Below, one piece after another: positions 22,095 to 33,603 of a DNA stretch of 64,000 nucleotides. Under the pieces are notes generated by a model, which saw only the letters and a list, made by a program, of their open reading frames with translations, ran no database searches and had not been told where the DNA came from. The position numbers and the translations under genes are program-made. Source of the DNA: Escherichia coli (GTDB lineage: Bacteria > Pseudomonadota > Gammaproteobacteria > Enterobacterales > Enterobacteriaceae); assembly GCF_024700885.2 (NCBI RefSeq), contig NZ_CP117016.1; one strand, written 5' to 3'. Positions within the stretch are counted from its first letter, which is position 1, and each line of letters starts with the position of its first letter.

Positions 22095-23519
22095 ATGAGC
22101 AGCTCACTTCCTGACGATATCAATGCACTGAAACGTCTCCTTGCCGAACAGGAGGCGCTGAACCGTGCCCTGCAGGAAAAGCTGAACGAGCGTGAACGCG
22201 AAATAGACCATCTGCAGGCACAGCTGGATAAGCTGCGCCGGATGAACTTCGGCAGCCGCTCGGAAAAAGTCTCCCGTCGTATCGCACAGATGGAAGCTGA
22301 CCTGAAGGCACTTCAGAAAGAAAGTGATACCCTTACCGGTCGGGTTGACGACCCGGCCGTGCAGCGCCCGCTGCGTCAAACCCGCACCCGCAAACCGTTC
22401 CCCGAATCACTCCCCCGCGATGAAAAACGGCTGCTGCCGGCAGCGTCATGCTGCCCGGAATGTGGAGGCTCGCTGAGCTATCTGGGTGAGGATGCCGCCG
22501 AACAGCTGGAGTTGATGCGCAGCGCCTTCCGGGTTATCCGGACTGTACGTGAAAAGCATGCCTGTACTCAGTGCGATGCCATCGTGCAGGCCCCCGCGCC
22601 TTCACGGCCCATCGAGCGGGGTATCGCAGGACCGGGGCTGCTGGCCCGCGTGCTGATCTCAAAGTATGCAGAGCACACCCCGCTGTACCGCCAGTCTGAA
22701 ATGTACGGCCGCCAGGGCGTGGAGCTGAGTCGTTCACTGCTGTCGGGCTGGGTGGATGCATGCTGCCGGCTACTGTCACCGCTGGAAGAAGCGCTTCAGG
22801 ACTATGTGCTGACTGACGGTAAGCTCCATGCTGATGACACGCCTGTCCCGGTGCTGTTGCCAGGCAATAAGAAAACGAAGACCGGGCGGTTATGGACCTA
22901 CGTTCGTGACGACCGTAACGCCGGGTCAACGCTGGCGCCGGCGGTGTGGTTCGCTTACAGCCCGGACAGAAAAGGCATCCATCCGCAGACCCATCTTGCG
23001 GGGTTCAGTGGTGTACTGCAGGCGGATGCATACGCCGGGTTCAACGAGCTGTACCGGGATGGCCGGATAACGGAAGCCGCCTGTTGGGCTCACGCCCGCC
23101 GTAAAATCCACGATGTGCACGTTCGCACCCCGTCAGCCCTGACGGAGGAAGCGCTGAAACGGATCGGCGAACTGTACGCCATCGAGGCAGAGATAAGGGG
23201 AATGACGGCGGAGCAGCGCCTTGCCGAACGTCAGTTGAAAACGAAACCGCTGCTGAAATCCCTGGAAAGCTGGCTGCGTGAAAAGATGAAAACCCTGTCG
23301 CGACACTCAGAACTGGCGAAAGCGTTCGCATACGCCCTGAACCAGTGGCCGGCGCTGACGTACTATGCAGATGATGGCTGGGCTGAGGCGGACAATAACA
23401 TCGCTGAAAATGCGTTGCGGATGGTCAGTCTGGGCCGCAAAAACTCTTATGACCTTTGTCAAATATTAAGCCCAAAAAGACCTACGCAGCTCCGGGAGCT
23501 TCGTTATATCGCGGATTAA
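22095..23519 (+). pseudogene. IS66 TnpC transposase, interrupted after codon GRKN (~23444) by IS110 insertion; C-terminus resumes at 24897-25079
   Basis: Homology ends at ...MVSLGRKN and resumes at GGERGALLYSLIGTCKLNGVEPESYL on the far side of the insertion. Confidence 0.75.
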
Positions 23520-24896
23520 AGAACCTGAAACAGTCAGACTGTATCTTGGATTTTACAAACTCTTATTCGGGGATTTTAGCCCCATGACGATTTACGCAGT
23601 GAGCTGGCCTCTTTCTACGTGCAGGTATTAGCGCATTCTGGCTTCCCTGAATTCTTTTTCGAGGATCACTCATTCCGTGTCTGACTGCTTCAGGGTTTAA
23701 TTTTGCTTCTGCTGACTGAATGATGATTGGGCAGCAAGTGCAATATCCCACATAAATCCAGTCAACTCACGAGCCACCGCCGTAATGGCTACTTGTGATT
23801 TTTTCCCTTTTGCTGTCAGAGTTCGGTAACGAGAACACAATCGTTGTTGAGCTTTCCATGCAATATCTTTGGAATATTGTGTTACAGAGTCCGGTCGGTA
23901 ATATATAAGCCATGCACCAACTTTTGCAGGTGTACGATAAGACCAGGCGGCTTCGTAAAGCAGACGTCTCAGTTCGCTGTTTCCAACTTTTGTTATTCCT
24001 CTGGGACGAATACTGTTTCCACTGGAATATTCACCTGGCACCAGTCCCAGAAAAGCCATGAGCTGTTTGGGATTGGAAAATCGCGAAAAATCACCCAGTT
24101 CAGCAACCAGGGTTATTGCAATTAGCTGACCAACACCTTTTAGAGCCTGCAACTGGCAGACCAGATTGCACAGAGACCACTCAGGTAACAGGCGAGATAT
24201 TTCCTGGTCGAGTTGAAGTATGCGATCTTCAATCTGCTCCAGACTTTGACAATAGTGTTGAAAAGCAATCTGCTGAGATGGCTGACTAAATGATTGATTA
24301 GCTAACCAGGTTCGATGTTTGCCGGTCCAGTGCTTCCCTGCATAACGTTTGTCTGTTCGCAATAGCATGCTCAGAATTCGCTGTCGGGCAACTCTGCTGT
24401 CTCGTTTAGCTGCTGCACGGGCTCTGATTAGATCCCGCATAGCTTCATGAGTCAGGTCAGGGATCCAGACAGGGGTAAGTTCACCAGCCCGCAGTAACCT
24501 GGCAAGAGAAATTGCGTCCCGATGATCATTTTTGATTCTGTCTGTCGGTGATTTTGGTATCCGGGAAGGGGCAATAACCTGGAATTTTATATTCATCGCT
24601 GTGAGTTGATGATATAGCCCAAAACCACAGGGGCCAGCCTCATAGCAGGAAAGAATGTTTCCGTAAAGTCCCTGCAATTTCTGAAATAATCGACGTACAG
24701 CCTGGGCTTCGTTGTTAATCGTACCATAATAACGAACTTCGCCAAGCCGTTCAGGTGCAGCAATAGCAACCGCCAACGTTTCTTTATGTACATCCAGCCC
24801 GATGTAAGCTGCAATATTTTCCGAATGCATAATGACCTCCTCTGGAATATCCCACCAATGCTATAGTGAGTATATAAAGGTCATACCATCTACCTG
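23445..24896 (-). mobile_element. IS110-family element (~1.45 kb) inserted in IS66 tnpC
   Basis: Boundaries inferred from where IS66 tnpC homology breaks and resumes; carries the 377-aa transposase. Confidence 0.65.
23697..24830 (-). CDS. IS110-family transposase
   Basis: 377 aa; N-terminal YIGLDVHK (DEDD-type) and C-terminal LKGVG.LIAITLVAELGDFSRF motif. Confidence 0.75.
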   Translation of the reverse strand: MHSENIAAYIGLDVHKETLAVAIAAPERLGEVRYYGTINNEAQAVRRLFQKLQGLYGNILSCYEAGPCGFGLYHQLTAMNIKFQVIAPSRIPKSPTDRIKNDHRDAISLARLLRAGELTPVWIPDLTHEAMRDLIRARAAAKRDSRVARQRILSMLLRTDKRYAGKHWTGKHRTWLANQSFSQPSQQIAFQHYCQSLEQIEDRILQLDQEISRLLPEWSLCNLVCQLQALKGVGQLIAITLVAELGDFSRFSNPKQLMAFLGLVPGEYSSGNSIRPRGITKVGNSELRRLLYEAAWSYRTPAKVGAWLIYYRPDSVTQYSKDIAWKAQQRLCSRYRTLTAKGKKSQVAITAVARELTGFMWDIALAAQSSFSQQKQN

Positions 24897-25124
24897 TTCT
24901 TCGGTTCGGATCATGGAGGAGAGCGGGGAGCGCTGCTGTACAGCCTGATCGGGACGTGCAAACTGAACGGAGTGGAGCCAGAAAGCTACCTCCGCTATGT
25001 CCTTGACGTCATAGCCGACTGGCCGATAAACCGGGTCGGCGAACTGCTCCCCTGGCGCGTAGCACTGCCGACTGAATAACACATCCCCGTCAATACGGTT
25101 CTTGCTGCACGCTTACAGTTCGTA

Positions 25125-25770
25125 AACGTCCGATAGCGATGATCTGAAGTGCACTATTTGCAGCACGCTCCCCACCCCGATTAAGTCGGTAACGGTTCAT
25201 TTTTTTAGAAGATACGGTAACCGAGTTGACACCACACAGCACCGCAAAACCTGATTCTATTCTTAGCCGTTGGGGATTATCTCCGGCAGTGATGAGCAAC
25301 TGCGAAGCGCTTTCGTATCCAACAGCATTACGTTTAATCAGTTCAGGTGCCAGTTCATCGACAATTGCCGCAATCATGACATCAAGGTCGGCGATTTCAT
25401 CATGTAACTCGAAATAGCGTCAGGCAAGTGATTTCAATGCAATGCGATAAACGTTGGTAACATTACGATATTCACTGGCACTAGGCTTCCAGGATCCCGG
25501 AGTCCTGATAAGTTGCATACGTGTCATATTTCTGAGTGGTTCGCGTAATTCATCCGGTGCAGAGATAATATAGGAATGGATAATCTGGAGAGCGACTCTG
25601 CAGGCTGATATTGCGGTTTTGCGGCAAGTTTTTGGCATCCGCTTCTACGCCAAATACCTGAAGTAGGAATGGATGCGTTAGCAGCATACATCCGGATCTG
25701 CGCGGGGAATAGCCGGAAACGGCTATCCCTACCACAATAGCTAACTTTGTAATAGTGCCCTTTTAGGCTC
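25125..25770 (-). pseudogene. Degenerate IS110-family transposase remnant
   Basis: Fragments in two frames with the IS110 C-terminal-domain pattern (FAVLCGVNSV..SSKKMNRYRLNRGGERAANSAL). Confidence 0.4.
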
Positions 25771-26800
25771 ATGTACTCTGACGTAATTCTATCTGGTAGT
25801 TGAATTGCACGATACGCGACTCTTCTGATTCATCATGATTATTATTCAATAGCCCAATCAGTAACTTACCCGTCTCTATCCCCATTTTTTTGTAGTCAAT
25901 ACGGATGGATGTCAAGGTTGGGTGTGTTTGATCGCAATTGTCTGAACCATCAAGACAAGCTACAGCGATATTTTCAGGAATTTTTAACAAACGCCGCTGG
26001 CACTCAAACATGATACCCAGCGCAATCTCTTCGTGGCTGCAAATCACAGCATCCAGCTCTGGTTGTCGCAGTAATATCTCGTTTAATGCGTAACGCCCCA
26101 ATTGCAGACTTGCGGCATCCGGCATGGTGATAACAAGATCAGAGTTCTGGTAATGGCTCAACATTGCTTTATGCCAGCCGTTCAGTTGCTGACGTTGCAG
26201 GCGGTTGTCCATATGCGCACCGATAAATCCGATATTCTTATAACCCTGTTCCAGCAGATGTTCGGTCAGTTTATGTGATGCTTCAAAAAATGCTGTTTCG
26301 ATGGTAATTTGAGCCGGACTGAAAGGGGAACCGACAACGTTAATGGTAGGTATATTTGTTTTCTCGAGTATCTGGTGAGTTTTATCAGCCAACTGAGAAC
26401 CAAAAATAACTAACGCCGCCGGGTTGCCTTGAAGAAGCGTCATCAGAATTTCAGCTTCTTTGAGCTGATTATACTCATGACACCCAAGCAGTAGCTGGAA
26501 TTCATTTTTATTAAGCACCTGCTGCAACGACTGCATAAAGCGGGAGCTGGCTTTATCTGTCAGGGAAGGAACCAGTACGGCGACTGTATCACTGTGACCA
26601 GATGCAAGGGCGCCAGCAGTTCTGTTGGGAATATAACCCAACTCTTCTACGGCCTGTTCTATCTTTTCCCTCAGCTTGTCAGATACCTGTTCCGGTGTTC
26701 TCAGCGCACGGGAAACGGTCATGGTTCCGACACCTGCAAAGTTAGCGACCTCCTGCAGCGTCACCCGTCCGGTACCACGGCGCTTACGTGTTTTTTCCAT
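25769..26800 (-). CDS. LacI-family transcriptional regulator
   Basis: N-terminal HTH VTLQEVANFAGVGTMTVSRAL plus periplasmic-binding-like domain. Confidence 0.8.
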   Translation of the reverse strand: MEKTRKRRGTGRVTLQEVANFAGVGTMTVSRALRTPEQVSDKLREKIEQAVEELGYIPNRTAGALASGHSDTVAVLVPSLTDKASSRFMQSLQQVLNKNEFQLLLGCHEYNQLKEAEILMTLLQGNPAALVIFGSQLADKTHQILEKTNIPTINVVGSPFSPAQITIETAFFEASHKLTEHLLEQGYKNIGFIGAHMDNRLQRQQLNGWHKAMLSHYQNSDLVITMPDAASLQLGRYALNEILLRQPELDAVICSHEEIALGIMFECQRRLLKIPENIAVACLDGSDNCDQTHPTLTSIRIDYKKMGIETGKLLIGLLNNNHDESEESRIVQFNYQIELRQST

Positions 26801-27070
26801 TTCGACTCCATGGATAATTACAACCAGCTGTTTTCATTACTTTTATTTCACCATTACTCTTTCCAGTTTTTGCCCACGGTAGCAAATATCCTGTTGCATT
26901 GTATATGCAGGAACCGAATATAGCCAAAGCATGGCGGCAGAGAAATGATAGCGCTATCACAAAGATTGATAGCGTTATCAGATAGCGCTATCAAATGCGA
27001 CAATCATCACATTAATTAATGCGTAAAATATCTACTCTCCTGTTAATTATCATCGGGAGTTATCAGTAGC

Positions 27071-27514
27071 ATGTTAAAAAATCTATTAAATACAGAGGTC
27101 GTTCAGGTCGTGGAACAGGCCAAAGACTGGCGGGAAGCCGTGGCGATTTCATGCCGGCCGTTGATTGAAAACGGTTCTATCGAACCGCGTTATGTTGATG
27201 CGATCTATCGCTCGCACGACACTATCGGTCCGTACTATGTGGTTGGCCCTGGTATTGCGATGCCTCATGCGCGCCCGGAAGAGGGAGCTAACAAGCTGTC
27301 ATTAGCACTGACCCTGATCCCTTCAGGTGTGAATTTTGATGCCGATGAAAACGATCCAGTGAAATTACTGATTGTGCTGGCTGCAACCGACAGTACCAGC
27401 CACATTGAAGCGATTTCTCAACTCGCCAAGTTATTCGATAACGAAAAAGACATACAGGCCATTTTGATGGCCAAAACGACGCAGGACATTTTGTCTGTTA
27501 TTGCGCGCTATTAA
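27071..27514 (+). CDS. PTS EIIA component (ascorbate/mannitol-type)
   Basis: 147 aa with GIAMPHAR phosphorylation-site motif. Confidence 0.75.
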   Translation: MLKNLLNTEVVQVVEQAKDWREAVAISCRPLIENGSIEPRYVDAIYRSHDTIGPYYVVGPGIAMPHARPEEGANKLSLALTLIPSGVNFDADENDPVKLLIVLAATDSTSHIEAISQLAKLFDNEKDIQAILMAKTTQDILSVIARY

Positions 27515-27529
27515 TCCAGAGGAACATTT

Positions 27530-27817
27530 ATGAAAATTACAGTGGTTTGCGGTAACGGCTTAGGCACCAGCCTGATGATGGAAATGAGCATTAAAAGCAT
27601 TTTGAAGGATTTGTCCGTCAGCGCTGATGTTGATCACGTCGACCTGGGCTCCGCGAAAGGGACGTCGAGTGATATCTATGTCGGCACCAAAGACATTGCC
27701 GAGCAGTTAGTCGCGCAGTCTGTCGCAGGCAAAATCGTCGCACTGGAAAATATGATTGATAAGAAAGCCATGAGAGAACGTTTATCCGTGGTATTAAACG
27801 AATTAGGCGCACTGTAA
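27530..27817 (+). CDS. PTS EIIB component
   Basis: 95 aa with N-terminal VVCGNGLGTS Cys motif. Confidence 0.75.
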   Translation: MKITVVCGNGLGTSLMMEMSIKSILKDLSVSADVDHVDLGSAKGTSSDIYVGTKDIAEQLVAQSVAGKIVALENMIDKKAMRERLSVVLNELGAL

Positions 27818-27829
27818 GCTGGGGGCGAT

Positions 27830-29086
27830 ATGGATTTCTTTCGTTTTTTGATGAGCGATGTACTTTCCGAACCCGCAGTGCTGGTCGGTTTAATCGCCCT
27901 GATTGGCCTGATTGCACAGAAAAAACCGGTAACCGAATGCATTAAAGGTACCGTCAAGACCATTATGGGGTTTGTGATTTTAGGCGCAGGGGCGGGTTTA
28001 GTTGTGTCGTCACTGGGTGACTTCGCAAACATTTTCCAGCATGCCTTTGGTATTCAGGGTGTAGTGCCGAACAATGAAGCCATTGTTTCCGTAGCGCAGA
28101 AAAGCTTCGGGAAAGAAATGGCGATGATTATGTTCTTTGCGATGGTTATCAACATTATGATTGCCCGTTTCACACCGTGGAAATTTATCTTCCTGACCGG
28201 TCATCACACGTTGTTTATGTCGATGATGGTAGCGGTAATTCTGGCAACAGCAGGCATGACCGGCATTACGCTTATAGCCGTTGGCTCTTTGGTTGTTGGC
28301 GTGGCAATGGTCTTTTTCCCGGCTATTGCGCATCCGTACATGAAGAAAGTGACCGGTTCTGATGACGTTGCCATCGGCCACTTCTCAACATTATCTTATG
28401 TATTGGCCGGTTTCATCGGCAGCAAGTTTGGTAATAAAGAGCACTCGACTGAAGACATGAATGTGCCGAAAAGTCTGCTGTTCTTGCGCGACACGCCGGT
28501 TGCTATCTCTTTTACCATGAGCATAATTTTCCTGGTGACGTGCCTGTTTGCGGGTGCAGATGCGGTGAAAGAGCTTAGCGGTGGTAAAAACTGGTTCATG
28601 TTCTCTATCATGCAATCCATTACCTTCGCAGCTGGCGTGTACATCATTCTGCAGGGTGTGCGCATGGTGATTGCGGAGATTGTCCCGGCATTCAAAGGTA
28701 TTTCAGACAAGCTGGTTCCGAATGCCAGACCTGCTCTCGATTGCCCGGTCGTCTTCCCTTACGCACCTAACGCTGTACTGGTTGGTTTCCTGAGTAGCTT
28801 TGCTGCAGGTTTAATCGGTATGTTCACGTTGTATCTGCTGAACATGATCGTGATTATTCCTGGTGTGGTGCCGCACTTCTTCGTAGGTGCAGCTGCAGGG
28901 GTATTCGGTAATGCAACGGGTGGACGTCGTGGTGCGATTTTGGGTGCCTTCGCTCAAGGCTTGCTTATTACCTTCCTGCCAGTATTCTTATTGCCGGTGC
29001 TGGGTGATATTGGTTTTGCTAACACCACCTTCAGTGATGCTGACTTTGGCGCACTGGGTATTTTGTTAGGGATTATCGTTCGCTAA
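27830..29086 (+). CDS. PTS EIIC permease (SgaT/UlaA family)
   Basis: 418 aa polytopic membrane protein immediately after IIA and IIB. Confidence 0.75.
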   Translation: MDFFRFLMSDVLSEPAVLVGLIALIGLIAQKKPVTECIKGTVKTIMGFVILGAGAGLVVSSLGDFANIFQHAFGIQGVVPNNEAIVSVAQKSFGKEMAMIMFFAMVINIMIARFTPWKFIFLTGHHTLFMSMMVAVILATAGMTGITLIAVGSLVVGVAMVFFPAIAHPYMKKVTGSDDVAIGHFSTLSYVLAGFIGSKFGNKEHSTEDMNVPKSLLFLRDTPVAISFTMSIIFLVTCLFAGADAVKELSGGKNWFMFSIMQSITFAAGVYIILQGVRMVIAEIVPAFKGISDKLVPNARPALDCPVVFPYAPNAVLVGFLSSFAAGLIGMFTLYLLNMIVIIPGVVPHFFVGAAAGVFGNATGGRRGAILGAFAQGLLITFLPVFLLPVLGDIGFANTTFSDADFGALGILLGIIVR

Positions 29087-29332
29087 TATTTTGATGACAT
29101 TAATATCCTCCAGGATTTCAGGAACGTGGAGGATATTAATTCCTCTTATTTTCTCCATTTTTCTTTCTTCCAGTCAGGACTGCATCCGATTAATCGTAAG
29201 CGCTCCGAGAAGTACGTAGCGTAAGGATTATTTTACAGCTGAGAAGTTTCAGTGCAGCAGTTCATGCACACGGTTCGACGGCTAGTCATTGATCTTCATA
29301 ATTACCTCGCGTAAAAAACGGGGTAAGGCCGC

Positions 29333-29524
29333 TCATCCCAGCGTCATCTCCACAGGTAATAATTCAACGCCAATGCCAGAAGAGTTCGTTAACGGAAGAC
29401 GCCGTGATATACGCCCTTTGATCAGCGAGAGCCTGAGCCATTTGAACAGAAGATTATCATTGATATCATGCTCCCGGGCAATACGGGCAACAGAACCCCT
29501 TGGTTGTAAAGCCAGTGTAACCAT
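29333..29524 (-). pseudogene. IS66-like OrfA fragment
   Basis: ARIAREHDINDNLLFKW motif. Confidence 0.4.
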
Positions 29525-30008
29525 TTGAAGTTTAAACTCATTTGAAAATGACCTGCGGGGTTCAGCTGATAATGTTTTTTGTTCTATAACAGGTGTCCAC
29601 TTGTTGAAAAGGTGGGTACCTATGTTACCAATACAGGCTTAATGGCTACATACAGCAGTCGGTTTACGCATACACTTTTATAGTGCACTCCGGCCTCATG
29701 AATATAACGGTGGATTACCGCCGAACGAATCGGAAAATAGATACTGGAAAAAATCTGAAATTGTGACCAGTTTTTGTTGACCACTACAAATAAATAAAAG
29801 AGTTGCAGTGCTTGCTCGGTAAGAAAACAATGGAAGTTGAGATCCTAAAAGAAGCTGTGGAGTACACCACTCTACAGTAGTTGCGCAAATTTGGAGTGGA
29901 CGATAATGTGATCGTCTATAAGGGCAACGCTATCATAGTATTGTCCTGGCGGGTAAAAAAACGCGCTTACATTAACGATAAGCGCGCCGCTGTTCAGGCC
30001 TTAAGTGG

Positions 30009-31022
30009 TTATTCAATTCCTGTGGTGACTGTAAAAGTGCGTGTTTGCTGCGGTGCAACCTGAATCAGCGTGCCATTACGTTGCGCGGCAAGATACCCCT
30101 CAGGCCGACAGGTTGCAGGTAATGCAAAGGCGGCTACCTGTTGCTCGCCGTTATAAAGGATCCAGCGTGTCACATAATTTAGTTCGGCACTGGAGAAACG
30201 AGTAACAAACGTAGTGCCATCGGGAGCGATCATGCGAAACTCTGGCTGATCTGTGTAAGCGTCCAGTTTGTCTGCAAAGAAGACTATTTCTGGATCATAA
30301 AATTCCGGTTGATTCAGCGTCGACAGAGAGGCTTCTCCCTGCATAATCCGTTGATTAAACGCCAGCCACTGAGCGGTGGGATTAACATGCGAAGGTACTG
30401 ATTCACGCAACCTTAATATTTCGTCCGGTATATTCTGGCTGAACGTAGCATTTGGTATATATGCATAATTCATGTGGCACATATATTGTAGTGGCATATC
30501 TACAGAAGCCAGATTGGTTACGGCCATCTTAATATCGAACAATGTAGAGGATTTGTGAAGGACCACTGTTGGCTGAGCCAGATAATGATGCCCGAACCCC
30601 ATTACATACTCGCAACGCCCGGTAAGGCGTAACATATCTCCCTCTAATTCCATCCATGCTTCATCCATCGCGGCACAGGCCATTTCACCGTGTAGCAGAT
30701 GAGTATCTTCCGCAGATGGGCAGCCATTAGCCAGCAAACCTGAATGAAAGGCAAAACAGCCATAGGTTTCTATCACCTCTGTCGCCGGTTTAGGCTGGCG
30801 AAACATATTGCACATGGTGAGACTGTGTCCATCAAATTGCGCATCCCAAATCATCTGCCCCATCCAGGGAAGAATAATTAAATGTCCACGACTGTTTGCA
30901 ATTTTAAGCCCCTCGACACCACTGTCATAGCGAAAAGACGTGACAGTAAAATCACTATTTTCCAGCAAGATACGAGGTTTTTCGCCAAAAAGCGCCCGCC
31001 ACAAATAAATACGCGTACTCAT
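30009..31022 (-). CDS. deoX: DeoX-like protein of the deoxyribose operon
   Basis: 337 aa; operon position after deoK and deoP as I recall for the Salmonella/ExPEC deoQKPX locus; SD aggag. Confidence 0.6.
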   Translation of the reverse strand: MSTRIYLWRALFGEKPRILLENSDFTVTSFRYDSGVEGLKIANSRGHLIILPWMGQMIWDAQFDGHSLTMCNMFRQPKPATEVIETYGCFAFHSGLLANGCPSAEDTHLLHGEMACAAMDEAWMELEGDMLRLTGRCEYVMGFGHHYLAQPTVVLHKSSTLFDIKMAVTNLASVDMPLQYMCHMNYAYIPNATFSQNIPDEILRLRESVPSHVNPTAQWLAFNQRIMQGEASLSTLNQPEFYDPEIVFFADKLDAYTDQPEFRMIAPDGTTFVTRFSSAELNYVTRWILYNGEQQVAAFALPATCRPEGYLAAQRNGTLIQVAPQQTRTFTVTTGIE

Positions 31023-31033
31023 AACGATTCTCC

Positions 31034-32350
31034 TCAGGACTCTGTGACTTCAGCCAGTGCATTACGTACTTTGCTTTCACGCCAGAAGTAGACTCCGACA
31101 TAGACAAAGCAGAGCATAGAAACCAGGAATGAAAGCTGAAGTGAGTGGAACATATCTGCAATATATCCCTGAATTGCCGGAACCACCGCGGCGCCGACAA
31201 TAGCCATAACAATGACTGCTCCTGCCATTTCTGTATGTTCGTTATCAACTGTATCCAGTGTTCCTGCATAGATCGTCGCCCAGCAAGGGCCAAACAAAAC
31301 ACTTACCAGGACGGCGACATAGACCGCGCTGAAACTTGGAGCCAGTGCAACATATGCCAGGAACAGCGCCCCTATAACGGAATAGAGAATCAATACTTTT
31401 TCCGGATTAAAACGCGTCATAAGGATGTTGGCTATAAACTTGCCAATAAAGAAGCAGGCAAAGCTATAGACCATGAAGTTTGAAGCATCACGTTCGTTGA
31501 TATCGCCCAACTCCAGTGCCAGACGGATGGTAAATGACCATACTGCGACCTGCATACCCACATAAAGGAATTGAGCCACAATACCACGACGAAAGCGCGA
31601 ATTTTTAGCCAGATAGCGCAGCGTATCCATTGCTGACGGGCGTTTATGGTGACTTGTCTGTGCCACTTTACAGGTTGGGAAGCGGGTTAAAAGGAACAAC
31701 ACCATGACCACAACCAGAATCATAATCATATACTTATACGGTTCAAGGGTGTTCTCTAACATCAGCACCTTAAAGTTGTGAATTTGCTCGGCGTTCATTC
31801 CGGACATCTGCTTCTCAAGGCTTTCCCCCTCGGAGAAAACCAGATATTTGCCCAATAAAATACCAGACGCAGCACCAATCGGATAAAAGGTCTGGCTGAT
31901 ATTGAGCCGCAATGTGGCATAGGCTTTTGGACCGATCATTGAACTGTATGTGTTCGCTGCAGTTTCAAGGAAACTCAGGCCAATCGCAATCGCAAAAATA
32001 GCTGCAAGGAACATAGTGTAGGTTGCCATATGCGAGGCAGGGAAAAAAAGTGTACAACCACCAATATACAGCGTCAGGCCAATTAAAATTGCCACCTTAT
32101 AACTGGTCTTTTTAATCACAAGGGATGCTGGTATTGCAATTAAAAAATAACCTCCATAAAATGCGCTCTGCACCAATGCTGAAGCAAAGTTACTTAGCGA
32201 AAATACACTTTTGAATTGAGTGATTAATATGTCATTTAATGCAGCTGCGCATCCCCATAGCGGGAATAAACACGATAACAAAATAAACTGGAACAAGGGA
32301 GTCTTATTCAGATATCCATCAGGCATCTGAATGATGTTTTTATCGTTCAT
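31034..32350 (-). CDS. deoP: Deoxyribose permease (FucP-type MFS)
   Basis: 438 aa MFS permease between deoK and deoX. Confidence 0.7.
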   Translation of the reverse strand: MNDKNIIQMPDGYLNKTPLFQFILLSCLFPLWGCAAALNDILITQFKSVFSLSNFASALVQSAFYGGYFLIAIPASLVIKKTSYKVAILIGLTLYIGGCTLFFPASHMATYTMFLAAIFAIAIGLSFLETAANTYSSMIGPKAYATLRLNISQTFYPIGAASGILLGKYLVFSEGESLEKQMSGMNAEQIHNFKVLMLENTLEPYKYMIMILVVVMVLFLLTRFPTCKVAQTSHHKRPSAMDTLRYLAKNSRFRRGIVAQFLYVGMQVAVWSFTIRLALELGDINERDASNFMVYSFACFFIGKFIANILMTRFNPEKVLILYSVIGALFLAYVALAPSFSAVYVAVLVSVLFGPCWATIYAGTLDTVDNEHTEMAGAVIVMAIVGAAVVPAIQGYIADMFHSLQLSFLVSMLCFVYVGVYFWRESKVRNALAEVTES

Positions 32351-32377
32351 AGTGCTACCTTTAACTGTGCAGGATGA

Positions 32378-33298
32378 TTATTCGTTTAAGGTTAAAAATT
32401 CATTAAATTGTTCAATACTCGGATAAGATGATTGCGTACCTTTCCCTGTGACGCTGAAAGCGGCAAAGAGAGCGGCTTTTTTCAAAGCGGCTTCAACATC
32501 ACCGCTTTGAACATAATAATGGGAAAAGCAACCAATAAATGCGTCACCAGCGCCACTAGTATCAACAGCATTTACTTTGAATGCAGGAACATGGACTTCC
32601 TGATCGCGGGTCATCCATAATGCGCCTTTTTCGCTCATGGTAACAATAATATTGTTCAGCCCTTTATCAACTAACGAACGTGCGGCCAAACGAATATGAT
32701 CATAAGTATCAACCGACATACCGGTTAATATTTCCAGTTCTGTTTCATTCGGGATAAAGAAATCACATTTGCAGGCATAAGACATATCTAACTCACGCAA
32801 TGCCGGAGCCGGATTTAATAACACTTCAATACCATTTATCTTACCAAACTCAATCGCGTGGTAAACTGTTTCCAGTTGAACTTCCAGTTGTAAAACGATC
32901 AATTTGCATTTTTTCAGATCTTCTGCAGCTCGATCGATATCTTCCGGGGAAAGAAATTTATTCGCTCCCTTAATTATTAATATACTATTGCTCGAGTTGG
33001 CATTAACAAAGATCGGTGCAACACCACTGCTGGTACAGGGGACCTTCTCAACATAAGTGGTATTAATTCCCCATGATTCAAGATTACGAATAGTATTATC
33101 CGCAAAAATATCATCACCTACTTTAGTCAGCATCAGGACTTTTGAATTCAATTTAGCCGCCGCCACCGCTTGATTAGCACCTTTCCCACCACATCCGATT
33201 TTGAAGGCAGGTGCTTCCAGAGTTTCTCCTTCTTTAGGCATCTGATTAGTGTAAGTAATGAGATCCACCATATTGGAACCAATAACTGCAATGTCCAT
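32378..33298 (-). CDS. deoK: Deoxyribokinase (ribokinase/PfkB family)
   Basis: PfkB signatures (GGKGANQA, DTSGAGDAF); start at MDIAVIG with SD agagg. Confidence 0.75.
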   Translation of the reverse strand: MDIAVIGSNMVDLITYTNQMPKEGETLEAPAFKIGCGGKGANQAVAAAKLNSKVLMLTKVGDDIFADNTIRNLESWGINTTYVEKVPCTSSGVAPIFVNANSSNSILIIKGANKFLSPEDIDRAAEDLKKCKLIVLQLEVQLETVYHAIEFGKINGIEVLLNPAPALRELDMSYACKCDFFIPNETELEILTGMSVDTYDHIRLAARSLVDKGLNNIIVTMSEKGALWMTRDQEVHVPAFKVNAVDTSGAGDAFIGCFSHYYVQSGDVEAALKKAALFAAFSVTGKGTQSSYPSIEQFNEFLTLNE

Positions 33299-33603
33299 TT
33301 CACTACCTCTTATAAACTTTCGCATAACAATGGTATTTAAATAACATTAGCATGTTACTTTTGCATCATTTGTGACTGAGATCGCGATTAGCACATCAAC
33401 CCGATGTTTATTTAATAGACTTCCAGTCTCATCACTCAGGCCAACACTATCTAATCATAAGCAACCTAACAAGATTAGTGCCCAAAACTCAGCAGCCTAT
33501 ACCCTTTTCATTTCAAAGGGTCGGTCGTATAGTATGGTAATGAAAACAATGTTTACTAACGCCAAAATGTTATTTTTATAACATTCTTACGGAGAGAGAG
33601 TTG

